Virus record (IMG/VR): IMGVR_UViG_2667528045_000005
Direction: 5' to 3' (one strand)
From: a virus
Taxonomy: Duplodnaviria > Heunggongvirae > Uroviricota > Caudoviricetes
Length of the DNA stretch: 30,049 nucleotides
Below, piece after piece: positions 1 through 9,280 of this stretch. Under the pieces are notes generated by a model. The model was not told where the DNA came from and made no database searches. It saw nothing but the letters and a program-made list of their open reading frames with translations. The position numbers were made by a program, and so were the translations under genes. Numbering within the stretch: the first letter of the stretch is position 1; every line of letters starts with the position of its first letter.

Positions 1-1170
1 TCACTCCTCATTTTCTTCTGAGCTGTACTCCACATCGGAGAGTTTAACCTCAAGCTCTAAGCCCGTCGTGAAACCGTTATTATTGAGGTTGTGGGTCACC
101 TTGCTGATTAACCATGCCTGCTCGTCTATGACGCGCTTAAAGCCTGACACGCGTACAGGCGTCTCAGGAAATAAATCCGCTCGCCCTAGCGCCAGTGTGA
201 TTGAAAACTCCGCAACGCCTCGCTGCAGTTTATCCCACTTAGCCTGAGCGGCGCGCATCGCCTGTGCCTTTGAGGCATAGACTGTCGTCAGCGCCAGCAC
301 GTTATCGGCTTCACCGGCCATGTACTCACCCTCACGTGCTTCCTGTTCTTTTTTGACCTTTGTCTTTTTGCTGACCGGCTTTGCTTTTGGGTGTTCCAGT
401 GCGCGCAGGTGCTTCTCTTTTGGCTTGCGTTTCAGCGTTACTTTCTGCTTTTGTGGCTTCGGGTCTTTGGTGTGCAACCATTTAGCAGTGACGCCGGTAT
501 AAGCCCCACGGTCGGCAATGGCAAACTGATGACGGTCACCATCACTGCGGGTCAGCGTCATTTGCGGGACGGGTTTGCCGCTGGCCGTCATCGCACTACC
601 GGCTTTCAGAAACAACAGTTTCCCTGCCTTCACCGATACCGTTGCCCCGTTGCGGTCAGCCAGTCGACTCAAAAATACCGCGTCGGATTCCTGCGACTGG
701 TCGATATGCGGTACCGGGATTTTTTTCAGCGATTCCGCAATGCTGGCCGTCAGTTTGTTGCGCTTTGCGATGGTACTGACCAGTTCGCCGATGGTGGTGT
801 CGTGCCATGACTCTTCACGCCTGGAATTTAGCGTGCCGCGAAAGTCCGCGCTGCGCGCCCGGATGGTCAGGGTATCAGGAGCCCCCCGGTGCTCAATCTC
901 ATCGACCGTAAAAACCCCCTTATTCAGCAGCGCCGAACCCTGCCAGCCAAGCCACAACGTCAGCACTGCCCCGCGCAGGGGTAACTCGACTTTCCCATCG
1001 GTGTCATCGAGCTCAATGTCGAGCTGGTCAGCTTCAAAGCCCCTATTGTCCGTCATGGTGAGAGAAATCAGCCGGTCGCTGAAGTTGCTGGTAATGTCCT
1101 GACTGTTCAGCGTCAGCATAAAAGCCGGTGCAAGGCTGGCACCGGCGTCAATTGCCATCCCCGTTATCAT
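1..1170 (-). CDS. D: tail protein gpD
   Basis: 389 aa; N-terminus MITGMAIDAGASLAPAFMLTLNSQDITSNF matches P2 gpD as I remember it; last gene of tail operon; stop codon at window positions 1-3. Confidence 0.88.
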   Translation of the reverse strand: MITGMAIDAGASLAPAFMLTLNSQDITSNFSDRLISLTMTDNRGFEADQLDIELDDTDGKVELPLRGAVLTLWLGWQGSALLNKGVFTVDEIEHRGAPDTLTIRARSADFRGTLNSRREESWHDTTIGELVSTIAKRNKLTASIAESLKKIPVPHIDQSQESDAVFLSRLADRNGATVSVKAGKLLFLKAGSAMTASGKPVPQMTLTRSDGDRHQFAIADRGAYTGVTAKWLHTKDPKPQKQKVTLKRKPKEKHLRALEHPKAKPVSKKTKVKKEQEAREGEYMAGEADNVLALTTVYASKAQAMRAAQAKWDKLQRGVAEFSITLALGRADLFPETPVRVSGFKRVIDEQAWLISKVTHNLNNNGFTTGLELEVKLSDVEYSSEENEE

Positions 1171-1652
1171 GCAGTGAAACCTCCGGGCATACCCTGCAGT
1201 TTATCTGTCAAATTACCGGCAGAGCCGAGAAGCTCACTGGCCTGTTTATTCAGGTCACCAAACATCTCTGTCAGCGATTCATCAACCCGTTTTAGCGAAA
1301 GCGTGAAATCAATCTTTCTGGCCGCACCATCACTGAAAAACTCGGTGCGTGTAGTCGATACTTTATCGACGATATACATCCCGAGGATATTTCCGGTTCC
1401 CTCTATCAACGGCCACGCTCTGCCTTCATTGGCTATCACCTCTACAGCCTTAAGTGAGATCCAACCGCCAGTGATAGCGGGGTATAGCGTACCAGCAAGC
1501 TGTATAGAGGTTTCCCCCTCGCCAATAAACTGATAGGCAGGTGGTTTACCCACCCGGTCATTGGACACCCAGCGATAATCTTTCGAATGCTGCATCGACT
1601 GGTAAGGCAGGGTGCGAAGTTCAAACACAAACATTCCGAGAGCAAGCATCAT
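1167..1652 (-). CDS. U: tail protein gpU
   Basis: 161 aa; position between T and D; 4-nt overlap with D start (coupling); sequence resembles P2 gpU. Confidence 0.85.
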   Translation of the reverse strand: MMLALGMFVFELRTLPYQSMQHSKDYRWVSNDRVGKPPAYQFIGEGETSIQLAGTLYPAITGGWISLKAVEVIANEGRAWPLIEGTGNILGMYIVDKVSTTRTEFFSDGAARKIDFTLSLKRVDESLTEMFGDLNKQASELLGSAGNLTDKLQGMPGGFTA

Positions 1653-1665
1653 CGTTTAATCCCCC

Positions 1666-4110
1666 TCAATAGTCGTGGGTCATGTTGGCACGCTGGCGGG
1701 CGCGTTTATCGCGCTCAATCTGTTCGAGCGTGTCGCGTAGTTGTCTGTCAAGCTGATGCCCCGGCGCAACACCTCCCGGCAGATTGATGTTGTATTCGCT
1801 TTTGCTCTGGTCAATGTAAGAGCGCCCCGCCGGTGCGGTAACTGGCTGATAAGCCTGATAGCCGCCATATGTGCTGGTTGCCGGGATGTAGGAATTACCC
1901 TGTGTGGCGGCATTGGTTTTGGCGGCGGTCTGGTCGAGGCTGTCCGACTCTTTGTTGATGATGCCGAGCTTTTCGAGAAGCCAGTCGACACCGCTGCGCA
2001 GCTTGTTAAAAACATTGAGCGGAGCCATCAAGGCAGAGGCCAGTGCCTGACCAAATATGACGCCGACACTTTTGCAGCTATCAAGCGTTTCCTGCGTGGC
2101 CTTAATCGGTGCTATCAGGTCTTTAAACCACTGCCAGACGCCGCGCAGTTTCTCGCCGAGACCATCAAAAATGGGAGCCAGTGGAGCGAACATTTCCCCG
2201 ACTGGGGCAAAGGCACTCATGATGCCCTCAATCACTCCCGAGAAAAATGCGCTGATGGGCTCCCAATATTTACGGATGAGTAGCGCCCCCGCCACAATCG
2301 CCGCACCGACGGCCACTATCGGCCAGGTAATCGCACCGAGCGCTGTCGCAATGGCACTACCGACGACAGTAAAGACCGTACCCAGCACGCCAGCAGCGGC
2401 GATAATGGCATTAATCCCCATGACAACCGGCCACGCAACGAGACCAATGCCGCCGATGATACCAATCAGCGCCAGCGCACCACCGGCGATGATGCCGATA
2501 GTTTCCGCTAACTCCTTGTTGTCTTTGATCCAGTCATCAAGCTTTAGCACATACCGTGTTGCTGTCTGAGTTAGCTGACGCAATGAGCTATCTTGCTGGT
2601 CGTAGAGGTCGGTACCGACGGCCTCATAAGCGGATTGAAACTCTTTGAAGTCGCCACCTAAGTTATCCTGCATAATTTTAACAAGCTCTGCGGTTTTTCC
2701 GTCTGAGGCTTTCAGGGTGGAGGTTAGCTGGTCAAGTTTGCCGGTTGAGGCGGCAGTCATGAGCACCGCCGCCGCCGAACTGGCTTCCTCACCGAATATC
2801 GTTTTCATGTATTCGGCTTGTTGACCGGTGCCGAGATTGTTACGCTCAAAACTGGCCTGCATTTCCTTGAGGATGGTAAAAATCGGGCGCGTGTTGCCTT
2901 TACTGTCGGAAGTTTTGACACCCAGCTCCTTAAGCGCATCCCACGCTTTACCGGTCGGAGCCTGCAGGCGGCTTAAAACCGCACGGCTCCCGGTGCCGGC
3001 CATCGAGCCGGTGATTTTGGCGTCATGCAGGGCGCCCACCATTGCGGCAGTTTCTTCAATGCTGACACCGGCATTTTTCGCCACCGGCGCGGCGTATGTC
3101 AGCGCATCGCTCAGCCCGTCGAAATCGGCAGCAGTTTTATTCATCACCGTCGACAGAACGTCGCCAATGTGCGCCACCTTGTCATTGGAAAGCTGAAACG
3201 CAGAGCGCATCCCCATCAGTAATGCGGCGTTTTCTTCCATCGTGCGACGGTTGGCAAGCGCCATATTGAGGGTGACCGGTGTCGTCGCCTGAATGGCTGC
3301 CGCATCGCCGCCCCCTTTGGCGATAATAATCTGCGCACTGGCTGCATCATCAGCAGAAGCGGCTGTATTGTCACCGAGCTGGCGTGCCTGTTTGCGTAGC
3401 GCCTCCATTTCTGGCGACTGCTTATCGACCCCGAGCACGGCCTGCAGCTCGGAATTTTTCTGCGCAAAGTCATAACCGGGCATCAGTAATTTCACCCCGG
3501 CCATCGTTCCCGCTGTCGCGATACCTACCCCGGCAGCCCCTGCAGCGGCCATGTTACCGGCAAGCTCCTTGCCTGATTTATATCGCTCTTTCACCCGGCC
3601 TAATTTCGCCTGCTGCGCACTGACGCGCGCCAGTGCCTCACGCTGGCGGTTAAGCTGCGCCGTCGTTTCGCTGATGGAGGTTTTGAGCCGACGCTCATCG
3701 GCAGAAAGGGTGCGGGTATTAATACCGGCCTGCATCAGTTCGGAGCGCTGGCGCTGTACAGACGTTCTCAGATTGTTGTACTTCGTCTGTAGCTCAGAGG
3801 CAGCACGCTTTGCCGCTTCGAGTGCCTGCGCCTGCGCGCGGGTCGGACTGGTGGAGTTTTTAAACTGCACGGCCAGTTCACCGGCTTCGCGTTTCGCTTT
3901 CTCAAGCGCCTGACTGGTCACGGCCAGTTGCGCACTGGCCTTACGAAAGCCGTCGATTTTTGACGCCTGACCATTCAGGTCACGCAGCCCTTTTTGTGTT
4001 TCGCGAATATCGCCCGACAGGGTTTTACTCGCGGTCTGGATGGATTTAAGCGGTCGGGTCGCCTGGTCGACCGCTTTCAGCAAAACCTCAAGTCTCAGGT
4101 TATTACTCAT
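1666..4110 (-). CDS. T: tail tape measure protein gpT
   Basis: 814 aa, Ala/Gly-rich with coiled-coil N-terminus and hydrophobic central glycine-zipper segment; follows E/E' as in P2. Confidence 0.9.
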   Translation of the reverse strand: MSNNLRLEVLLKAVDQATRPLKSIQTASKTLSGDIRETQKGLRDLNGQASKIDGFRKASAQLAVTSQALEKAKREAGELAVQFKNSTSPTRAQAQALEAAKRAASELQTKYNNLRTSVQRQRSELMQAGINTRTLSADERRLKTSISETTAQLNRQREALARVSAQQAKLGRVKERYKSGKELAGNMAAAGAAGVGIATAGTMAGVKLLMPGYDFAQKNSELQAVLGVDKQSPEMEALRKQARQLGDNTAASADDAASAQIIIAKGGGDAAAIQATTPVTLNMALANRRTMEENAALLMGMRSAFQLSNDKVAHIGDVLSTVMNKTAADFDGLSDALTYAAPVAKNAGVSIEETAAMVGALHDAKITGSMAGTGSRAVLSRLQAPTGKAWDALKELGVKTSDSKGNTRPIFTILKEMQASFERNNLGTGQQAEYMKTIFGEEASSAAAVLMTAASTGKLDQLTSTLKASDGKTAELVKIMQDNLGGDFKEFQSAYEAVGTDLYDQQDSSLRQLTQTATRYVLKLDDWIKDNKELAETIGIIAGGALALIGIIGGIGLVAWPVVMGINAIIAAAGVLGTVFTVVGSAIATALGAITWPIVAVGAAIVAGALLIRKYWEPISAFFSGVIEGIMSAFAPVGEMFAPLAPIFDGLGEKLRGVWQWFKDLIAPIKATQETLDSCKSVGVIFGQALASALMAPLNVFNKLRSGVDWLLEKLGIINKESDSLDQTAAKTNAATQGNSYIPATSTYGGYQAYQPVTAPAGRSYIDQSKSEYNINLPGGVAPGHQLDRQLRDTLEQIERDKRARQRANMTHDY

Positions 4111-4590
4111 TGTGGTGTCCGCTACGCTGCAGCGCCTTTTCGCGCCATGTGATGAGCTCGGTCAGGCTCAGGGAATAGAGCTCTGATAGCGGCCAGTGGA
4201 ATATCACCGCGATATCCGCCATCAGGTCATCGGTCGACAGGTCGGGCGGGAAATCTACTCCGCCGAAGCCGGTGACAAAAAACCAATCACCTTAGCGGCC
4301 AGCGACAGCATATCGGGCAGGTTCATTGCGGTAAGCTCCTGCGCCGTAAGCGCGGGGTAGGTCATGCGTGGCAATACCTTAATCAGCGCATCGACTTCGG
4401 ACTGCGCCACCGCTGCCAGACTGACACCGCGCAGGGTACCGGCGTTCGGCTCAATCAGTGTGACTTTATCAATCGTCTGACCGGCGCGCTTAATCGGCTT
4501 GTCGAGGGTCACGACGTTCGGGTTTACGGTGTCAATTTCATTGCCAGCCATATCAACAAATTCAGCGGTTTTACGTGGTGCTTTTGCCAT
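4103..4590 (-). CDS. E': gpE+E' programmed -1 frameshift product
   Basis: Slippery TTTTTTG (minus strand, plus coords 4276-4282); -1 frame continues ...HWPLSELYSLSLTELITWREKALQRSGHHNE and stops at TAA 4103-4105, overlapping the T start codon, as in P2. Confidence 0.7.
4255..4590 (-). CDS. E: tail assembly chaperone gpE
   Basis: 111 aa ending GFLSPASAE; the GGT TTT TTG codons near the 3' end form the T6G slippery site. Confidence 0.85.
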   Translation of the reverse strand: MAKAPRKTAEFVDMAGNEIDTVNPNVVTLDKPIKRAGQTIDKVTLIEPNAGTLRGVSLAAVAQSEVDALIKVLPRMTYPALTAQELTAMNLPDMLSLAAKVIGFLSPASAE

Positions 4591-4653
4591 GATGTTTTTC
4601 TCTGCTCTGAATGGGGATTAATAACCGGCCAGCAGTGCTGACCGGTCAGGGAA

Positions 4654-5172
4654 TTACAGCCCGATTGCGCGGCGGTGCTGTTCCAGACGGTCGACGCCGT
4701 TCACCTTCTCAACCATGTTGACGGTATCGATTTCGATGACGTCGCTACCATCAATCGTGAGGCGGTAATAGGTGCATACGGTCGACAGTTTGGTCGAGGT
4801 GTTTTCACCCTGCTTATTCTCGCCGCCGTCGATTTCTTTATGACGGCCACGCATGACCACCTCGACCGCCACGATTTCGCCAGTGTCGTCACGTTGGTAA
4901 GAGCCAGCAAAACGCAACGGCACAGCGTCAGCACCCGGCGCGGCGTACTGCGCCCACAGCGCCACATCAGGCAGGCCACCGACAGACCATTCGACGGTGA
5001 GCGCATCATCGTCGAGACCAAGGTCAATCGCCGCCGCGCCATTCATGCCGCCGCCGCGATAGTTTTCGAGCTTGCGGGTCAGCTTCGGCAGCGTCACGGA
5101 TTCAACAACGCCCATGTAGCTAAGGCCGTCATTGAACATGTTCAGATATTTAAGTTTGCGGGGTAGTGCCAT
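4654..5172 (-). CDS. FII: tail tube protein gpFII
   Basis: 172 aa; MALPRKLKYLNMFNDG... matches P2 FII. Confidence 0.9.
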   Translation of the reverse strand: MALPRKLKYLNMFNDGLSYMGVVESVTLPKLTRKLENYRGGGMNGAAAIDLGLDDDALTVEWSVGGLPDVALWAQYAAPGADAVPLRFAGSYQRDDTGEIVAVEVVMRGRHKEIDGGENKQGENTSTKLSTVCTYYRLTIDGSDVIEIDTVNMVEKVNGVDRLEQHRRAIGL

Positions 5173-5187
5173 GTTGTTTCAGGCTCC

Positions 5188-6393
5188 TTAGCTGTTGACC
5201 GATTCGGCCAGATTTACCAGATATTTATCGGTGATACGCTGGCGCAGGGTCAGGCTTTCCAGTGGTGGAACCGGTGTATAGTCGTAGTCGATATACAGTT
5301 TCCCTGCCTTGAGGGTTTCCTTATCGTTCGATTCCTCGTCAAACCAGCATTCACCGTCCACGATGTAGCCGTTTGATTTCAGCTCGCGGAATTTGGCGTT
5401 AATGCCGTCGACAATGTCACGGATAAGTGATGCGGTGATGGGCTTATCGACCGCCCACATGTGCGCCTCGGCCATCGTGTCGGCCAGCACCTGCGCGGTG
5501 CGGGTGTAGTTCTCAAACAGGAAAAGCGGGTCATCAGAGCAGGTGCGGTTACCCCAAAAGCGGAAGCCATCCTTACGCACCAGTGTTGTGAGCCCGGCCT
5601 CGTTGAGCAGATCAGCATCGGTGCCGGATGCCTGCAAATCCCAAAACACTGACGCACTGATGCCGGTAACACCCTGCACGCCGATGTTAGACAGGGTTTT
5701 GTGCCAGCCGACGGTCTGGTCGATATAGGCACGCAGGCCGAGTGCGCGCGCAGTTGCGTATGCCGGTGCGGTGGCGTTTGTGGTGGTATCCCATGCAAGG
5801 AAATCAGGCCAGATGACCATCAGCTCGCGCTGGCTGAAATTCTCGCGATAGGCCATCGCCTCGGAAATGGTTTTACAACCCCATGCGCTGATATAGCCAA
5901 AGGCGCGCAGGCTGATACAGACCGAAGCAAGTGCGACTGCGACCTCTTTGGTATCGAGACCCGGCACGCCGAGAATGCGCGGCTTAACGCCGGTGACTGC
6001 TTCGGCAGTCAACAGCGCCTTGATGCCGGTATATTTACCGCTCTCATCCGTGCCGCCGATGATATTGGAAATGGTCTGCGCTTCGGCGTCTTCTCCGGTA
6101 CCTTCGGCAACACGCACGACAACTGTGACAGGTTTTGACTGGTCGGCGATGGCCTGCAGGGACGCGGCCAGCGTGCCTTTTTTACCGGCTTTCGCAATGG
6201 CGCTTTGCACATTGGTAATCAGTACCGGCTCGTTGAGGGGAAAGGTTGCCGCATCCGCATCGCTGGCTGTACAGACCATGCCGACGATTGCGGTTGCAAC
6301 AGTGGAAATGACGCGGGTGCCGTCGTTAATCTCAAGCACCTGCACGCCGTGGTGAAAATCACTCATCCGGTTAACTCCGTGGTTAGTGGGCAA
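5188..6393 (-). CDS. FI: contractile tail sheath protein gpFI
   Basis: 401 aa; position and sequence typical of P2 FI sheath. Confidence 0.9.
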   Translation of the reverse strand: MPTNHGVNRMSDFHHGVQVLEINDGTRVISTVATAIVGMVCTASDADAATFPLNEPVLITNVQSAIAKAGKKGTLAASLQAIADQSKPVTVVVRVAEGTGEDAEAQTISNIIGGTDESGKYTGIKALLTAEAVTGVKPRILGVPGLDTKEVAVALASVCISLRAFGYISAWGCKTISEAMAYRENFSQRELMVIWPDFLAWDTTTNATAPAYATARALGLRAYIDQTVGWHKTLSNIGVQGVTGISASVFWDLQASGTDADLLNEAGLTTLVRKDGFRFWGNRTCSDDPLFLFENYTRTAQVLADTMAEAHMWAVDKPITASLIRDIVDGINAKFRELKSNGYIVDGECWFDEESNDKETLKAGKLYIDYDYTPVPPLESLTLRQRITDKYLVNLAESVNS

Positions 6394-6464
6394 GTGTTAT
6401 TGTCCTGGCTGGTCTGTTGAGGGGCTATTTGTCAGTGTTGGGTGATGTCTGACACATTGAGACA

Positions 6465-6707
6465 TCAGCAACGGATGCGGGAAATTTTTTGTATAGCGTT
6501 GAGATACCCGAGGCGATCCAGTTTCCAGACCACAAGCGTATCGCCCTCTGACAAGGTTCTGAGTAACCTCTTTAGCCCCGGCCAGTCTGATGTTTTGCCG
6601 CTGATTTTATCTTCGAAAATCAGCTCGCATCCTGCGCACTCCAGTTCATTTCGCTGTAATGCGGTGTTCTGGTCATTTGTTGATACACGTACATAACCGA
6701 TAAACAT
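6465..6707 (-). pseudogene. truncated Hin/Gin/Pin-family serine DNA invertase (N-terminal ~67 aa only)
   Basis: MFIGYVRVSTNDQNTALQRNELECAGCELIFEDKISGK...GDTLVVWKLDRLG aligns with the Hin N-terminus (catalytic Ser in RVST present); homology stops after DRLG and the ORF ends 13 codons later; only ~70 bp remain before the FI start. Confidence 0.75.
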
Positions 6708-6761
6708 GAGAAATAACCCGGTAAAAAGTCGGGATCATGCCAACTGAACGGAATATCTGCA

Positions 6762-6787
6762 TTTTCTAAAAGGTTGGTTTGGGAGAA
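6762..6787. other. hix/gix-like 26-bp inversion crossover site (outer site)
   Basis: TTTTCTAAAAGG TT GGTTTGGGAGAA; its inner half is the exact inverted copy of the inner half of the site at 8660-8685; in frame with the start of the alternative fibre ORF. Confidence 0.6.
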
Positions 6788-7126
6788 GCGGCTAAAAGGA
6801 ATGTAGGGACAGGGGCGAATCAGATACCTGATATGGGTAGCTTCACGCTTTCTGTTTCAGGTACTGGATATCAAAAATTACCATCAGGTTTTATTCTTCA
6901 GTGGGGCTCAATCGGCGCACCAGGCATTGCACAGGATGTAGTAACCCATTTCCCGATTGCATTTCCAAACAGATGTCTGCGTGTTTTGGTCTCACAAGAC
7001 TACACACCAGATAGCGGGGCTGTTGGTTATATTGCCTGTGCAGGTTTTAGTCCCGACCCGGTTAAATTTATATCCAGAGCCAGTACTCCTGGCCTCGGCG
7101 CTTCATTTTTAGCGTTAGGCTGTTAA
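6779..7126 (+). CDS. alternative tail-fibre C-terminal variable segment (Sv'-like), silent in this orientation
   Basis: 115-aa ORF with no ATG (begins TTG inside the crossover site); reading frame continuous with the H constant part after inversion; contains a [11 protein letters not shown]-type fibre-tip sequence. Confidence 0.55.
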   Translation: MGEAAKRNVGTGANQIPDMGSFTLSVSGTGYQKLPSGFILQWGSIGAPGIAQDVVTHFPIAFPNRCLRVLVSQDYTPDSGAVGYIACAGFSPDPVKFISRASTPGLGASFLALGC

Positions 7127-7147
7127 TTTAGCTATATGGAGTGAAAA

Positions 7148-7588
7148 ATGAATTACATATATTCCGCGACTACAAACTCTTTCTATCCGCTGGAGATGAA
7201 AGAGGATTACACTCAAGCTGACTCATGGCCAGATGATGCTGTTGAAGTTGATGAGCAAGTGTATATTGAGTTTTCCGGATTACCGCCGAAAGGAAAAATC
7301 CGTATCGCTGGAGAAAATGGTTTTCCTGCATGGTCTGAAATTCCACCACCAACACATGAGGAACAGATTGCTGCAGCCGAACTGGAAAAGCAGCAACTGA
7401 TTAATCAGGTCAACGATTATATGAACAGTAAACAATGGCCTGGTAAAGCCGCTATTGGTCGTCTGAAAGATGATGAACTGGCGCAATATAATTTGTGGCT
7501 GGATTATCTGGACGCACTGGAGCTGGTCGATACTTCCGGTGCGCCAGATATTGAATGGCCTACGCCTCCGGCAGTTCAGGCCAGATGA
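7148..7588 (+). CDS. tail fibre assembly protein (alternative, U'-like)
   Basis: 146 aa, Tfa-like C-terminus (LWLDYLDALELVDTSGAPDIEWPTPP); own GGAG RBS; convergent with and overlapping the 3' end of G. Confidence 0.8.
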   Translation: MNYIYSATTNSFYPLEMKEDYTQADSWPDDAVEVDEQVYIEFSGLPPKGKIRIAGENGFPAWSEIPPPTHEEQIAAAELEKQQLINQVNDYMNSKQWPGKAAIGRLKDDELAQYNLWLDYLDALELVDTSGAPDIEWPTPPAVQAR

Positions 7589-8162
7589 CATCCGGCGCGG
7601 TGCTGGTATCTGTTGCCGTCACCGCGTCAATGTAATCCAGCACAGCGTTAAGGCGGGTTGTTTCTGCCTGCGTCAGTTTACGTCCGGCCTGCAATTTCAG
7701 CTGAATCAGACTGATGGAGGCCATTGCAGTATCAATCAGCGACTGGCGCTGTGCTTCTGCTGCATCTACTGCTGCGCCGTGCTGTGCCTCGGTATCCGTC
7801 ACCCATTTCTCACCATCCCATTTATCGTATGGCGTTAACGGGGCGATAGTGGTTGTATTTTCATGGTAATCACCCGGAGCTGTGATTTCTTTTGATTCTC
7901 CTGTTTCAGTGCTATATACCGTTTCACCACGGTGGTCTGGCACATATACCCATGAGTTAAAATCTGCAGAACGGCAGATTGCATAACCAGCTTTATATGA
8001 GTCAGGAGCATCTAAACAGGAGCATGCCGGAATGCCGACACCCACAGCAAGATATTCAGTTGATGTGAAAATATATTCCCGTGTTTCACCATCATAGTTA
8101 TAAACAGTAATATTTCCTGCTTGGGTGGCGATAAATTCGTTATTTAATACGGCGTAATCCAT
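7560..8162 (-). CDS. G: tail fibre assembly protein gpG
   Basis: 200 aa; Tfa-family C-terminus (LDYIDAVTATDTSTAPDVIWPELPEA); immediately downstream of H. Confidence 0.85.
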   Translation of the reverse strand: MDYAVLNNEFIATQAGNITVYNYDGETREYIFTSTEYLAVGVGIPACSCLDAPDSYKAGYAICRSADFNSWVYVPDHRGETVYSTETGESKEITAPGDYHENTTTIAPLTPYDKWDGEKWVTDTEAQHGAAVDAAEAQRQSLIDTAMASISLIQLKLQAGRKLTQAETTRLNAVLDYIDAVTATDTSTAPDVIWPELPEA

Positions 8163-9280
8163 TATGCAGCCCTCACGATATACGCAAATGCCAGGTTCCG
8201 TGGTCTGGTTTCTTTAATTAAAGAGGAGGCATCAGGTGAACTCACTGATTCAGCACCATTTCTTCCACCAGTGGTATAAGTAAAAACTCTTTCACTGTTA
8301 GACCAGTAATCCACACCAACTGTTTTTGCTGATGAAAAAATGGTTTCATCAGATATAACCTGTTCTATTCCATACGGGATATTAGTAACTGACCCCACTT
8401 TTGTAGGTATTCCATGATTATGAGAAATTACTGCATGCTCTTGATTCGTTAATAAAGTACGACCGCTATCCACTCCACGCCCGTCATCCCAGCCACGAAT
8501 AAACTCACCACGTAAATCAGGCAATTTATTTGTCGGATAAGCCTTTGCCAGTTCCGGGTATTCTTCAGCAGAAAAAGCGGCACCGTTGCATTTCAGCCAG
8601 CCTGTTGGCGGAGTGGCGGAAGGCCACGGAACAGGCACGCCAACGGGTAATGCCGAACCTTCTCCCAAACCAAGGTTTTTAAGAACGTCGCCGGCCAGTC
8701 CCGCGTCAACCATTTCTTTCAGAGCATTAGCGATTAACGGGTACTGCTTGTGTGGATTGGCGGCCTCAACATGTTTTTTCATCAGGTCATCAGCATATCC
8801 TTTCACCTCGATAATCTTGTCGTCGACATACTGGCGCGTTGCCAGCACGACTGCCGGGTCGATTTTCAGGGTGATTGCCGATGTGCTCGACACAACCAGA
8901 ATCATGCGAATGGTCTGCGTGCGACCGCTTCCCTCCTGCAGTTGTGGCTTGTAGGTCTCCGGACAGTTCGCCACGGCAATCAGAATACCATCATCGTCAT
9001 AGAGACCAATCTCGCGGATCCAGAAACCACCTTCATTCTCGGGAATAATCTGTTCCGCGATAATCTGACTGGTATTGGCCGGGTCAACGGTCAGCAGGTT
9101 CAGCGGCGCGATGCGTTTCTGGTTAATGAGCTTCGTCTGCGCCGGGTCAGGGGTCGGCAACGTACCATTCGCATCACCGACGGCCATCTGCGTCAGGTTG
9201 AGTTTGGTACCGAGTGCCGCCGCGTTCGCCAGCCGCGCCGCGCCCTGATTGGTCAGAATGGCAAAATATTTTGCGGTCAT
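8162..9280 (-). CDS. H: tail fibre protein gpH (constant N-terminus + current variable C-terminus)
   Basis: 372 aa; N-terminus aligns with P2 gpH (MAVGD...AVANCPETYKP...SGR.QT.RM..VVSS); a hix-like site lies within the coding sequence at residues ~199-207. Confidence 0.85.
   Translation of the reverse strand: MTAKYFAILTNQGAARLANAAALGTKLNLTQMAVGDANGTLPTPDPAQTKLINQKRIAPLNLLTVDPANTSQIIAEQIIPENEGGFWIREIGLYDDDGILIAVANCPETYKPQLQEGSGRTQTIRMILVVSSTSAITLKIDPAVVLATRQYVDDKIIEVKGYADDLMKKHVEAANPHKQYPLIANALKEMVDAGLAGDVLKNLGLGEGSALPVGVPVPWPSATPPTGWLKCNGAAFSAEEYPELAKAYPTNKLPDLRGEFIRGWDDGRGVDSGRTLLTNQEHAVISHNHGIPTKVGSVTNIPYGIEQVISDETIFSSAKTVGVDYWSNSERVFTYTTGGRNGAESVSSPDASSLIKETRPRNLAFAYIVRAA
8660..8685. other. 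hix/gix-like 26-bp inversion crossover site (inside H)
   Basis: TTCTCCCAAACC AA GGTTTTTAAGAA; about 21/26 identical to Salmonella hixL as I remember it; encodes VLKNLGLGE of H. Confidence 0.6.

Larger units (their letters stand above)
6775..8672. other. invertible tail-fibre host-range segment (Mu G-segment-like), probably frozen
   Basis: Bounded by inverted 26-bp sites; carries two fibre C-termini and two Tfa genes in opposite orientations; adjacent invertase is truncated. Confidence 0.55.

Noticed and set aside
320-4000. Many 60-180-aa ORFs antisense to or overlapping D, U and T (e.g. 391..810 +, 575..1102 +, 1741..2283 +, 2057..2569 +)
   Set aside because: They lie inside well-supported structural genes on the opposite strand or in other frames, with no recognisable motifs; typical chance ORFs in GC-rich DNA.
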